From the sequence record PV700625: a DNA stretch of 64,000 bases. One strand, 5' to 3'. This document shows, piece by piece, positions 18,110-28,889 of this stretch (position 1 is the stretch's first letter; each line of letters begins with the position of its first letter). This DNA is from Escherichia phage MET-P1-301. The notes below the pieces were generated by a model. The model was not told the DNA's origin. It saw only the letters and a program-made list of their open reading frames with translations, and made no database searches. Made by a program: the position numbers and the translations under genes.

Positions 18110-19005
18110 TTAATCAAGGTTTGCTACAGTAACTTGGCTATAATGTGTTAAGCCACGGTCTTTAGCTTCTCCTAAAGAGTTTGTAGTGTAGATATGGTCG
18201 ATACCATTGTCAAGAAGGTTTTCAACATCTTTAGAGAAGATACCATGTGTTACATAGAGTTCCACACGTTTTGCACCCACTTCACGAAGATGTTTAGCTG
18301 CTTCTATGAAGGTTCGACCACCATCACAGATATCATCCAGAATCATGACGGTTTTATCTGTCAAATCAACATCATCAAGGATTCGCATACCAGTAATTTC
18401 ACCAGTCTTAAGGTTGCGTACTTTAGACATTGTGATGTATGGTTTATCCACCTCTTTAGCGGTCTCTGCAACCTTCTTAGCAGCACCTGCATCTGGGGCT
18501 ACTAAGTAATCAACCAGTGGGTCATTTGCATAGTGGACTGCAATCTCCTTTGAGGAATACTCTGGAAGCAGTTAAACAGGTTATCTGGAACGTAACTGTG
18601 AGGGTCAACTGCACAGACTGCACCAAATCCCATTGCATTTACCTGTTTAGCAAAAACCTTTAAAGCTGCTGCGTCGCCTTTAAACATGTGACGGTCATAT
18701 CGTGCATTTGGTAAGTAGTAAAAGATGACAGTCTTTAAAGCATAATCATGAGGAATTAAATCATCAATTGCTTCTTTAGCAAGTGCCACAGCAAACAAAG
18801 TGTCCTTATCATAACCTTTTACAATCATAATCACATTGTTGATGGATGATGCTGCATAAGCGGTGAAATCAACAAACTCTGGTGAAAAGTGTCCACCAAT
18901 CTCACCAGAAGGGAATTGGATGATGTTAAACTCTTCTTCATGAGTCCCTTTAGTTGGTGAATGAACTGTAACACGGATAGATGTCTTCATAGTTTTCTCT
19001 CTCAA
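18110..19005 (-). CDS. prs: Ribose-phosphate pyrophosphokinase (PRPP synthetase), interrupted by an apparent frameshift near 18450-18560
   Basis: N-terminal piece has FPSGE and YLPNARYDRH; C-terminal piece has the PRPP-binding loop VMILDDICDGGRT. Confidence 0.75.
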
Positions 19006-19280
19006 TCAAAAGTTACGTTTGTTACTGCCATTGCAGTTTTGCATTTTGCAGGGTCTACAACGTGATAAAGTACACTACAGTTACCTGTGCTGTCTGGTAC
19101 AGGTTTAACCCATTGTTGCTTGACAGTTGGTTCGCCTAAGTCTTTGTAAGAACCATCTGTAAAGTTGTTTACCATCTCAAGTGCAATTGGCTCTGGAACA
19201 TGACCACGTATCATGTACATTTCACAACCATTACCTCCTTCACTGACTAATGGTAAAATCTCCCACTTTTCTTTAGCCAT
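19002..19280 (-). CDS. hypothetical protein (92 aa)
   Basis: ORF overlapping prs start. Confidence 0.4.
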   Translation of the reverse strand: MAKEKWEILPLVSEGGNGCEMYMIRGHVPEPIALEMVNNFTDGSYKDLGEPTVKQQWVKPVPDSTGNCSVLYHVVDPAKCKTAMAVTNVTFD

Positions 19281-19788
19281 TATAAGTTGCCCTATAAACT
19301 GTCTCGAACTTCAACAGGAGAGATATTGCCAAATCTGTATAGTTGTTGTCAAGCACATCTGGCATATTATTTTTGATATATCTCTCTTGCTCTTCATAGG
19401 TCATCTTAGGGGCACTTAAAAGGCTATCTCCTTGCTTCTGGTTATCAGCTTTAGTCTGAATAAACCAGTTTGCACAGTGATGTTCACCACCTTTTGTAAC
19501 AGGTTTGTGGTGGCCTAATGTGAAGGATTGACTGCCTGTGTATCTGCAAAGTTTATTGAGTACTGTAATGGTGTTCTTCACAACAAAACATTCATACAGG
19601 TTGTCTATGGTGTAGTGTGGATAATATCGAAATAATGCTCTTTCACGAGTACTCTCACGATTCCAGAGAATCATGTGATTGGAGTTGGAAGGGTCGTATT
19701 GGTGGGAGTCAATGAACTCTTGACGTTCCTCAAAACTGAGTCTTAACACTGACATTGCAGCAGAACGTTTCAGATTTGACAGATACAT
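19273..19788 (-). CDS. HNH-family homing endonuclease (free-standing)
   Basis: HNH-like core GHHKPVTKGGEHHCANWFIQTKADN. Confidence 0.5.
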   Translation of the reverse strand: MYLSNLKRSAAMSVLRLSFEERQEFIDSHQYDPSNSNHMILWNRESTRERALFRYYPHYTIDNLYECFVVKNTITVLNKLCRYTGSQSFTLGHHKPVTKGGEHHCANWFIQTKADNQKQGDSLLSAPKMTYEEQERYIKNNMPDVLDNNYTDLAISLLLKFETVYRATYNG

Positions 19789-19796
19789 ATTATCTC

Positions 19797-19826
19797 CAAA
19801 ATAAAAGGGAACCTTTACAGTTCCCT
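19797..19826 (-). terminator. Intrinsic terminator
   Basis: GGGAACtgtaaagGTTCCC followed by TTTTATTTT on the minus strand. Confidence 0.6.
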
Positions 19827-19838
19827 TATAGTATCTGC

Positions 19839-20159
19839 TTACTGAGCTACTTTCAAGATTCTTGTGAATGGAATTTCACTTTCTTCCATTAACTCTCTAG
19901 TTTCTTTGGTAACTTTCACAAAGTTATCTAGGCAGATAATCTTCTTATCTTTCTTACTATAGGTTAATTTAACCTTTTCAATATCTTTCTCAGAGCTTTT
20001 CTCTTCATTGAAGAGTTTTACAGCCTCTTTGAATGGGAGATATGAGCCATCATTATCACTAATGAATCCTGTACCACAATAGTAGGAGTTATGCTCTCTA
20101 GCCATAAACTGGCACAGTAAGAAAATCTGTAATTTACGAGTGTTATAAACTTTGCTCAT
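19839..20159 (-). CDS. hypothetical protein (106 aa)
   Basis: ORF. Confidence 0.4.
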   Translation of the reverse strand: MSKVYNTRKLQIFLLCQFMAREHNSYYCGTGFISDNDGSYLPFKEAVKLFNEEKSSEKDIEKVKLTYSKKDKKIICLDNFVKVTKETRELMEESEIPFTRILKVAQ

Positions 20160-20161
20160 GA

Positions 20162-20428
20162 TTATTTAGCCTTCTTATTACGTTTACGGTTACGAGCTTT
20201 CTTAGCTGCTCGTTTAATAGCTGCTGCACCAGACGGACGGTGGGCTTGTTTCTTACCACCTTTGCCACGGCCTACATAGATGTAAGGCTGCTGTTCAATT
20301 TGGCTTGTAAGAACTTGTGCAACTGCTGAAGCATCTACACCAACCTGCTTTCCAGTCATAGAAATGATTGCTGCTGCTTTTGCCAGTGCCTTCAAGAATC
20401 CAGCTTTCATATTACCTAAAATTCCCAT
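20162..20428 (-). CDS. hypothetical highly basic protein (88 aa, Lys/Arg/Ala-rich C-terminus)
   Basis: Compositional bias suggests nucleic-acid binding. Confidence 0.4.
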   Translation of the reverse strand: MGILGNMKAGFLKALAKAAAIISMTGKQVGVDASAVAQVLTSQIEQQPYIYVGRGKGGKKQAHRPSGAAAIKRAAKKARNRKRNKKAK

Positions 20429-20443
20429 TTTTAGTCTCTCTCA

Positions 20444-20764
20444 TTAAAGTTTAATACAGAACTTATGAAGTTCTTCTTCAGTAACTGTGACAACTTTATC
20501 ATCAACACGTAAGTTTGTCGCGTAAAAATTTGAGAAATGCGCTTTGTGTTTTACTTTAAATACTCCAGCAGCCTCAATACATTTCAATGCTTCCATACCA
20601 GTGGAGTCAAACAGACTTTTAGTATAGACTTTCCACTCTTCAATGGTTTCTGGATTTACTTTGTAACTACCAAATAGTGACATGTTACAGTACGACATAA
20701 CAAACTCACCGCGTTTGAATCCACCGCTACTCTGCTCTCCATTGACAGTCACCTTGCCAGCCAT
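20444..20764 (-). CDS. hypothetical protein (start set at internal Met to avoid nrdG overlap)
   Basis: Track ORF 20444-20845 overlaps the nrdG 3' end by 119 nt. Confidence 0.35.
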   Translation of the reverse strand: MAGKVTVNGEQSSGGFKRGEFVMSYCNMSLFGSYKVNPETIEEWKVYTKSLFDSTGMEALKCIEAAGVFKVKHKAHFSNFYATNLRVDDKVVTVTEEELHKFCIKL

Positions 20765-21212
20765 ATTCTTTTCTCCACAAGTTTTGGTTGTCTGAACCAC
20801 GATATGGTTTATTCGTTGGTTTAGAAGCATCATACTTACCATCAATCACCACGTCAACATATTTCATCACATCTAAGTGGATTTTTTCGTGCAGTTGAAA
20901 ACCTGTCCAAAGCCATATAGACTTTTCTGGATAAACAGTTTTAATACGCTTGCATATGTTGGTAACCTCTTGAATATTTCTATCATCCAGAGGCTCTCCA
21001 CCGAGTATTGACAACCCACTGATGGCCTCATCATCCATTAACTTAATGATACCGTAGAGGTTTGCATAAGTAAACTCTTTACCAGCATTAAACTTCCAAG
21101 ACTCCCTGTTAAAGCAGCCTTCACAGTGATGCTTACAACCAGCTACGAAGAGGCTTACACGAACCCCTTCACCATTAGCTGTGTCAAATGGCCTAATCTC
21201 CATGTAATTCAT
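20727..21212 (-). CDS. nrdG: Anaerobic ribonucleotide reductase activating protein (radical SAM)
   Basis: CKHHCEGC cluster near the N-terminus; size ~160 aa; adjacent to nrdD. Confidence 0.8.
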   Translation of the reverse strand: MNYMEIRPFDTANGEGVRVSLFVAGCKHHCEGCFNRESWKFNAGKEFTYANLYGIIKLMDDEAISGLSILGGEPLDDRNIQEVTNICKRIKTVYPEKSIWLWTGFQLHEKIHLDVMKYVDVVIDGKYDASKPTNKPYRGSDNQNLWRKEYGWQGDCQWRAE

Positions 21213-21221
21213 CTAGTTACC

Positions 21222-21521
21222 TCACCAATACATATAAGTGTTCTTAGCAGCTTTCTTTGGAGACTTACTATCAATGTCAAAGTCTTCATCTAAGAAGGAT
21301 GTCTTAGAAAGCTGTCTTATTTGTGTTCTTGTAAGACGTTTAGTAGCCTTCTTAATCTCTCTACAAGGCTGGCTTGTAAAGTCATAAGAGCCACCTTTTC
21401 TGGACATCATATCAGAATGGAAGTAGACATCTGAAGCATTTTCTCTGTTACGTACCTCATTTCTCCACTCATAGAGTCCATGAACGTTCTTTAAACCTTT
21501 TCTTCGAATTGTTTTACTCAT
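21222..21521 (-). CDS. hypothetical protein (99 aa)
   Basis: ORF. Confidence 0.4.
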   Translation of the reverse strand: MSKTIRRKGLKNVHGLYEWRNEVRNRENASDVYFHSDMMSRKGGSYDFTSQPCREIKKATKRLTRTQIRQLSKTSFLDEDFDIDSKSPKKAAKNTYMYW

Positions 21522-21913
21522 TCAAACACCACCTGACAAGGAACCTGTTTAGTAATAAACTCTTCACAGTGCTCTTTAATAAAGTTTTGTAATGGCACAC
21601 AATCTTGTGCGCAAGTCATTAGCATAATGTACTCTGGATTCATGATGTTTTCAAGACTGTAGAAGACAACATCATCAGATAGTTCGTGACCATCTTCTTC
21701 AGACCAAGTTCCAGTGACTACAGCTAATTTGTCAAGCAATTCATTAGGTAATGCTACACCATCTTCTACAGAATCACTTAGAACATTGTCGCCGATATAC
21801 AATGTGAAGACCGTGTGGAATGTTGAGTATCTTACGTGATTCTTTTCACAAGAGCCACACTCTGAGGCATAATCTTTAATCCACTCTAACTGTTTTTGGC
21901 TCAACTTAATCAT
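21518..21913 (-). CDS. hypothetical protein (131 aa)
   Basis: ORF. Confidence 0.4.
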   Translation of the reverse strand: MIKLSQKQLEWIKDYASECGSCEKNHVRYSTFHTVFTLYIGDNVLSDSVEDGVALPNELLDKLAVVTGTWSEEDGHELSDDVVFYSLENIMNPEYIMLMTCAQDCVPLQNFIKEHCEEFITKQVPCQVVFE

Positions 21914-22110
21914 AATTTCACCTTAGTTGGTAATGCACTGAATGCTATGACTAACCCTAAAAATGGTTTGAAGCATGACCATAAATCCATCTGACCATGA
22001 TATGAGAAACTCCATTGTGGGTCTGAAAAACCCCATACCATAACACTAACCCCAAAGAAGAAGACTAGAATATGGAGTATGTATATCAACGCCTTTGATA
22101 TCTTAAACAT
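21910..22110 (-). CDS. hypothetical small membrane protein (66 aa)
   Basis: Two hydrophobic segments. Confidence 0.4.
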   Translation of the reverse strand: MFKISKALIYILHILVFFFGVSVMVWGFSDPQWSFSYHGQMDLWSCFKPFLGLVIAFSALPTKVKL

Positions 22111-22262
22111 TTTAACTTGCCTCTCAACTCACAATAAGAGAGTCCTAAAAGAACCCTAGTAAGACAGAACCTATGAACAACCCAATAATACTCTCTGCCA
22201 TATCTAACATCCAATAAAAAGGTGATGTAAGCCTATCAAGACCCGCATCACCTTGTCAAGTT

Positions 22263-24406
22263 TTACATAGAGACTCTATCACGAATCTCAGCGATTTTTG
22301 CATCGTTCATTCGGGATTCACCTTTAATCTTAGTCCATCCAAGATACCCACACACCCTGTTAATCACAGAGATATCATGTGAATGGCAAACCTCACATTC
22401 TTCAACATCAGCCTTTGGTCTGTTACCACAATGCTCACAGATTGCTAAGTCGAAGTTAAGCCCCTGATAGAAACCTTTCAACATCCCTCTTGTGATACAA
22501 CTTTTAAGTGCTGTTAAGTTTTCTGGGTTAGCTACCCTGACATACTGGATTCTCCCACCTCTACAGATATGGAAGAATGGCTCTTCTAAGTCCTGCTTCT
22601 CAAATGGTGAGATGTCTGCTGCAACATTCATATGGAAACTGTTTGTAAAGTATTCCTTATCAGAAACACCTTTGATAACGCCAAACATATCTCTGAACTG
22701 TTTTAGCTGAGTTCCGCAAAGTGATTCTGCTGGAGTACCATAGACGGCATATAAGAAGCCATCTTCATTTTTAAACTCTTCAGTTTTCATGTTGATGTAT
22801 GCCAGAACATCGTATGCAAAACTACAGCTTCCAACTTCATGAAGTCGTTTACCTTCAGCAAGAACAGATAGCTCATCAAGCGCAGTAACCCCAAAAGAAG
22901 CTGTGAAGGACTTCACAATATCCCAACCAACCTTGTCAGTAGGTTTCTTAGTTCCTTTGTACAGACCACCTTGTGTGAATGCAAGAGGGTTAGAACTTGC
23001 TGGCATATTAGCAATCATTTCGTAGCGTTTCTTGTGGAAGCTGCGAATCATCTCTAGGTACTTATCAAGCTCTTTCCAGAAATCTAAACCACTCTCTTTA
23101 GAATACTGGTAAATCATCGGTAAGTTCAAAGATACAGCACCAATGTTAGCACGACCAACATAGAACTCTTCCCCATCCTCATTAAGATATGGAGATAAGA
23201 AGGCTCTGCAACCCATCGGTGAAATTACCTTGCCAGAACGCTCAAAAGCCTCTGCTACAGCACCATGACCAGATACACTTAAGAAGTCTGGATACATTGC
23301 TTTAGAGCAACACTCAATGGCTTTACTGTACAGGTGTCCTTGACAGATATTTTCATCATGTCTCTTCTGGTCATAAATATAAACCAGTTTAGGAAATACA
23401 ACAGGCTTCTTGCTCTTACCTTGTCCATTCATACGAACATCTAGGAGAGTACTTGCAATCATGTATTGTAATCGGTTGTCTTCATTAGACATGTCTGAGT
23501 CAAGTAACCCAAATGTTAAAGTTGTGAATGCAAAATCCCCACGACTACAAGGTACAGTGTTTAGTTTCATTTCAAGTGACTGGAAACCTTGAGTTAATTC
23601 AATCTGTAACTGCTCCATGACATAATTATGGTAATGTTCTTTAGGAATACCATAAGATGTTGCTTTCTCAGCATGATAGCGTAGAGACTTCTTAGCATAC
23701 GGTACAAGTACCTTGTCAATCTCTGCTAAAGTAAAGCCACCAAATTGCTGTGCAGTTGCTGAAAGAACTACGTCACCAATAACTTGTAAGGCCGACAGCA
23801 CAGACTTCGGTTCACAATATTCGATGCCAGACATTTCAAAGCCACCTTTCAGTACTTTACCAATGTCAAACAGACAACAGTTAATACCACCAAAAATTAG
23901 GTCTCTTAAGTCATGGATGTAGATAAACCCTTTTTCAATGGCTTCAAGTTCCTCTGGTGTTAAATGGTACTGTTTAAAGATTTCTTTAGTCAGATAACCA
24001 CGAATAATTGAACCTTTTGTAGAAATTAAACTGCTGTCAAAGTTAGCATTCTCTCTGTCACCTAAGAAGAGTGTATCTTTGGTCTTCTGGTAAAGTTCAT
24101 CCCAATTTTGAGCAACTTCTTTACGGTAATTTCTATATGTTGAGTAAGACTCATAAATCTCGTGATTGACTTCTGCCAAAGCACCCTCAACAATACTGTG
24201 AATATCATTTACTGAGATTAGCAAATTATTCTGTTTAGTAGATTTTACCAGAATCCTCATAAATGCTGACTCAAGAGCTTGGGTAACATCTGGTGGGAGT
24301 TCTTTATACCCAACCCTATTAGCTGACTTTGTGACTGCTGCTAAAACTTTTTGATATCAGGTTCTTCGAGTGAGCCATTCTTTTTAATAATCTGTACTTT
24401 GTTCAT
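22263..24406 (-). CDS. nrdD: Anaerobic ribonucleoside-triphosphate reductase (class III), N-terminal ATP-cone reached by a frameshift near 24340
   Basis: C-terminal glycyl-radical motif RVCGYLG and Cys-rich zinc site; upstream ATG at 24406 encodes MNKVQIIKKNGSLEEPDIKK, joined through a shift at an AAAAAG/TTTT run. Confidence 0.85.
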
Positions 24407-24425
24407 TATTGCCCCTTTACATGCT

Positions 24426-24458
24426 AAAAGGTCTCCGAAGAGACCCTTTCATTTTAAA
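24426..24458 (-). terminator. Hairpin with UUCG loop upstream of nrdD
   Basis: GGTCTCcgaagaGACC flanked by T runs on both strands. Confidence 0.4.
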
Positions 24459-24660
24459 TCTTTTTAGAAAACTTCGAAACGAGTTTTCTTAGTTTTTCAG
24501 TGATGCCTAGCTGTATCTCTAATATTTCAAAGATAACCCATAATAGCATGGCTCCAAACAATGAACCTTGTTCAAAATCAGTAAATAGGTTAACAACAAG
24601 CATACCAATCACAATGGCTGGTGCATCAACAACCAAACCTTCCCAAATGCGTTTAAGCAT
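24454..24660 (-). CDS. hypothetical small membrane protein (68 aa)
   Basis: Hydrophobic helices. Confidence 0.4.
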   Translation of the reverse strand: MLKRIWEGLVVDAPAIVIGMLVVNLFTDFEQGSLFGAMLLWVIFEILEIQLGITEKLRKLVSKFSKKI

Positions 24661-24895
24661 TATTCACCTCTGCCATAAAATTCTGTAGCGTACCAACAGG
24701 TTTTAGGTTTTGTCCATCAGTTTTCATGATGAACGGCATCTGACGAACTGGCATCTGTGCAATATCCATCAGGTCTGATAGCTCATAGTCCTGCCCTAAC
24801 ATTCTCACAACATGGTCAATACCGCGAGCTTTTGCAAAATTCTTTGCAGTCTCACACTGAGGGCATCCAGTTTTGGAGTAAATTACATAAGTCAT
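24653..24895 (-). CDS. Glutaredoxin/NrdH-like redoxin
   Basis: 80 aa with CPQC active site near the N-terminus; adjacent to nrdB. Confidence 0.75.
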   Translation of the reverse strand: MTYVIYSKTGCPQCETAKNFAKARGIDHVVRMLGQDYELSDLMDIAQMPVRQMPFIMKTDGQNLKPVGTLQNFMAEVNNA

Positions 24896-25966
24896 TAAGG
24901 AACCTCTAAAAATCCACTATTCAAATCATCTACAACAGTATTCAACAGGTACGCACCATTCTGTTGCTCCTGATTAGCATTCTGCTCTTTATCAATTTCC
25001 ATCTTCTTAATCATGTACTTCAAAGGTGGTTCTTTAGGAGCTACAAAATCTCTGGGAATGCCAAACATATCATACAGTGGGGCAGCATTATAGTAAACCC
25101 ACTCATGAAGAAGCTTTGTATTTAAACCAACTACAGCACGTCCTTCGGAGAAGATATAATACGACCATTTTTCTTCACTTTCAACTACTTCATCTAAGAT
25201 TACTTTAATCTCTGGAAGAATTTGTTGGAAAGCTTTTGCCACTCATCATCTCTTAAAGTTTCTTTTAAAACTTCAATATCAATTTTAGTGTGAAGGATTT
25301 CGTCAAGCATAATTTTCTGGACAGCTTGAGCAATACCCTGAAATTTATCTTGAGCATCAAGTGCAAAAGTACATGCAAAGGATGCCATAAAAGATATACC
25401 TTCAAGTGCAGTCACTGCAAACAACCCTTTCAGAATCACTTTATGGAAGTGTAAAGGGTCTTTGTCCAGAAGTGAGTCACGCACATAACTCAGACGGTAG
25501 TTTATACCTTCATCCAGCAATTCTTCAAGAACACGATTCACAGTTTTTAATCGGTCTTGTACAGCAATGTTCTGGTTAATCTCATCTAAGATTGTTTCAG
25601 GGTTTTTAATACATTGCCTTACAATCTCTGAGTAAGTCAGAGCATGTAAGTTTTCAATCTCAGACTGCTTCATAATTGCAGTTGCATAAATGTCATCAGA
25701 GATGAATGGTGCAAAAGCAAACGCTAAACTCTTAGCAACTTGGGTATCTGCTTCCCACTGCCACTTAAGAATCTCAAGCATTACACCTGACATTGATGCT
25801 GGCACACTCTCAAAATCAAGACGTGATTGTTCAAAAGGGAACTCATCTTCTGACCAGTCTTGCGCTTTTTGTTGTTTATATAGCTCAAAGATTTTTGGGT
25901 AGTGCTTGTTAAGTGAGTCAAATGTCTTTCTCTCACCACCTAAAAGATTGGGTGTTGGTTAATCAT
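24895..25966 (-). CDS. nrdB: Ribonucleotide reductase class Ia beta subunit, interrupted by apparent frameshifts near 25220 and 25945
   Basis: Middle and C-terminal pieces carry R2-like helices; the C-terminal piece lies in a different frame with a ~40-nt overlap; N-terminal ATG at 25966 needs a further shift. Confidence 0.75.
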
Positions 25967-26304
25967 AATGTGATTTCTCCTTTCTTTATCATCTCTAAGG
26001 CTTGTTTTCTGTCTAAAACTTCCCAATTTTCTTTATTAAACATGTCATAAGGTCTTGCATAGATTTTACCATCTGCTGTAGAGATGTAAGAGACGCCATC
26101 GACCCATGAGTCATCATTTTGTTTTATCATCATGTCTGTGCTACTCACATAGTACAGCGTTTTTCGAGGTTTGTGGAGCAAGTATATAGGCCATTCATGG
26201 TTTGCTATTAAATCTTTCATAGTCTCTCCAAAGTTAATTTTAGAGGGTCTTTTACGACCCTCATAGTTATTAAAACTAAACACCACAACCCTCGCAATAG
26301 GCAT
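25963..26304 (-). CDS. hypothetical protein between nrdA and nrdB (113 aa)
   Basis: ORF overlapping the nrdA 3' end. Confidence 0.4.
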   Translation of the reverse strand: MPIARVVVFSFNNYEGRKRPSKINFGETMKDLIANHEWPIYLLHKPRKTLYYVSSTDMMIKQNDDSWVDGVSYISTADGKIYARPYDMFNKENWEVLDRKQALEMIKKGEITL

Positions 26305-28510
26305 CTTGCAGTGCAGACTTACCTACACCGATGCGACTGTTAAGGTAGTACATGGTTTTCATACCTACCGAGTTAGCGTAAATCATGTATTTTAAAGCTT
26401 GAGCCAATGATACCTTCTTAGCTTTTGCGTAGTCAACATAGAAATCTGAAGAGATAGCTTGACCAGTGAACTTTTGGACAATTGCATAACAATCAATCAG
26501 GTCAAAGGTGTCAATATCCCAAGCAATTTCATAGACATACTTCAACTCTTCATAATCTGGAACAATAAACAGTACGTTACCAGTTGCAGACTTTTTAGTT
26601 AAAATAAAGTCACGAATTGGGTACAAGCCATTTGTCGTATTAGTTGCTAGTGAAGAACTCTCATTAGGCATATAAGCCTCAAGTACAGAGTTTCGGATGC
26701 CACCATTTTCTTTGATACGTTGTGCTAAGTCATCCCAATCATATCTTAGTTTTGCATCATGCTTCTCATCAATCTTCTTGTTAGCTGTCTTCGGAGGAAC
26801 CCATCCTTCAGGGTACTTAGTGAACTTCATGTATTCAGGTACACCACGCTCTTTAGCAAGTCTTAGAGAAGCTTCATGCAGATAGTAAGAGTGCATCTCT
26901 GCAAGTTCGTGAAGCTTTGTCTTACCAGCCCTTGAAGAGTAGTTCACGTAGTTCTTCGCAAGGTAATGAGCCACATTTGTAAGGCCAATGCCAACAGAGC
27001 GACGCTTCTGAACATGGTTACGCATCGACGGATACGGATAATCCATAAGGTCAATAACGGAGTCAACCATTGCAAGAGCATAATAAGCAACGTCAGCGTA
27101 TTCATCTTCTGAAATTCTCCCTGCAACCAAACTAGCTAGGAAGCAAAGAGCTACCTCACCATCCTCCTTCACAGCATCGTCTCTGTAAAGGTCTGTCTCT
27201 TTCTCAAAGCCGTACACTGGCAACACAATTTCCATGCAAAGATTTGACATCTTCAAAGGCTCTTTAAATGGTGTATGTGTGTTTGCATTGTTTGTGAAGA
27301 ATGGGTACACACGACCTGTTGCATAACGCTGCTGGATAAACAGTTTAGCAATTTCACGAGCCTTTACTCGTCTGTGCTTAACACCTGCATGTACTGCGTG
27401 ACCAACTGCCATAGCAAACTCATCAGCAGATGCGGTGTAGAACATATCATAAAGTTTTGGTGCATCTTTGTAAGAGAATAGCAACCAATCTGTATCATAC
27501 TGAACACACTGCCAGAAATAATCATTTGTACCAAATGAGTAGTCCATCTCGTTAATACGTTTAGAAGGAACCGTTGTAGGGTGCTTCAAACGTAGTAAAT
27601 CTTCAATCTGCGGGTCTAGAGCGGTGTAGAAGTTGTTAGCTGAACCACCACGACTCTTCTGTTTATTTGCCTCTACAGATGAACGTACAAGCTTGTAATA
27701 AGGTAGTTTACCCATGTGTTCGATAGTGTTTTGACGGATACCATCACCAATAGTACGGGTCTCCATCAGCATACCAATACCAGCTTGCTTCGTAGTCATA
27801 TCATAAGCAACCTTTGCAGCAATACCAAGTGACTCAGCAGTATCATTTGCCTTAATCAAACAGCATGACGCATAACCTGACTTAGTAGCACGTAAACCAT
27901 TCAGATAAGGTGTAGGAGCATTAATCTTCAGGTCAGATAGGTAAGTGTACAGCTTAATAACATCTTGCAGTCTACGGTGCTTTGGTTGCTTCTCAAAGGC
28001 TTTCATAGCCATACCCATAAACATAAATTGTGGTGACTCAAAAAGTCTTCCCGTTTTAATATCACGGATACCATATTTATCTCTGAACTGTTTCAACACT
28101 GCATAGCCGTAAGAGATATCTTTTGAGTGCACGATGTAGCCTTGCAGGTATTCAAGTTCTTCCTGTGAATAATCCATCTTCTCCCAAAGTCCTGCTCTCT
28201 CCATATTTTTAACGAAGGTAACCAGCGTAGGAACCTTAGTAAAGCCTCCAAAGGCTTCTTTGTAGATAATACCCAGAAGTAGCCGTCCAGCCATGTCTGA
28301 GTACTCTTGAGTTTGTTTATCAACACAAACATCAATCATAGCTTGGTGCATCTCTTTTGTAGTGCAACCTTCATAGACACGCTTCATAGCTTCCATAGTG
28401 ACTTCTGACCAGATAATTCCACGCTTATCTGCCCATGATGCCCACTTATTCAGTCTTTCTGGGTCAAAGCTTACTACTGTACCGTTTGATTTTTTAATTG
28501 TCTTAATCAT
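26276..28510 (-). CDS. nrdA: Ribonucleotide reductase class Ia alpha subunit
   Basis: 744 aa with N-terminal ATP-cone-like region and active-site block NLCMEIVLP. Confidence 0.9.
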   Translation of the reverse strand: MIKTIKKSNGTVVSFDPERLNKWASWADKRGIIWSEVTMEAMKRVYEGCTTKEMHQAMIDVCVDKQTQEYSDMAGRLLLGIIYKEAFGGFTKVPTLVTFVKNMERAGLWEKMDYSQEELEYLQGYIVHSKDISYGYAVLKQFRDKYGIRDIKTGRLFESPQFMFMGMAMKAFEKQPKHRRLQDVIKLYTYLSDLKINAPTPYLNGLRATKSGYASCCLIKANDTAESLGIAAKVAYDMTTKQAGIGMLMETRTIGDGIRQNTIEHMGKLPYYKLVRSSVEANKQKSRGGSANNFYTALDPQIEDLLRLKHPTTVPSKRINEMDYSFGTNDYFWQCVQYDTDWLLFSYKDAPKLYDMFYTASADEFAMAVGHAVHAGVKHRRVKAREIAKLFIQQRYATGRVYPFFTNNANTHTPFKEPLKMSNLCMEIVLPVYGFEKETDLYRDDAVKEDGEVALCFLASLVAGRISEDEYADVAYYALAMVDSVIDLMDYPYPSMRNHVQKRRSVGIGLTNVAHYLAKNYVNYSSRAGKTKLHELAEMHSYYLHEASLRLAKERGVPEYMKFTKYPEGWVPPKTANKKIDEKHDAKLRYDWDDLAQRIKENGGIRNSVLEAYMPNESSSLATNTTNGLYPIRDFILTKKSATGNVLFIVPDYEELKYVYEIAWDIDTFDLIDCYAIVQKFTGQAISSDFYVDYAKAKKVSLAQALKYMIYANSVGMKTMYYLNSRIGVGKSALQDAYCEGCGV

Positions 28511-28556
28511 TTTTGAATCCTACAGATGAGAAGAGCCTCCGAAGAGGCTCCCTAGT

Positions 28557-28889
28557 TTAAATCTTGAAAATTTGCTCATTCTGCCACATATCGTAAAACT
28601 TATCACTTACCTTTGTGACTGACGAAGTGTGCATACAATTGACGAACCATGATATATTACTATTCATAATTATTTCAAGCTGTTTTGTGACATCCACATT
28701 CATGTCTTCAACAACGTAATTACCTCGCATCTTGCAAACAACTCTTCCAAACAAGATTGCACTTCTGCCTCTTCGGTCGTCACAGTACATAACTGTGTCT
28801 CCGTGCTTAACATCTTGTCCGATACTATCAACACCTAATTTAGCACCTGAGATAATGTCATCATAAGATAACTTTTTTGCTTTAGACAC
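28557..28889 (-). CDS. hypothetical protein (110 aa)
   Basis: ORF. Confidence 0.4.
   Translation of the reverse strand: MSKAKKLSYDDIISGAKLGVDSIGQDVKHGDTVMYCDDRRGRSAILFGRVVCKMRGNYVVEDMNVDVTKQLEIIMNSNISWFVNCMHTSSVTKVSDKFYDMWQNEQIFKI

Noticed and set aside
28531-28550. Intrinsic terminator immediately upstream of nrdA
   Set aside because: The GAGCCTCcgaagaGGCTC hairpin is not followed by a U-run on the transcribed strand; more likely an RNA stability or processing element.
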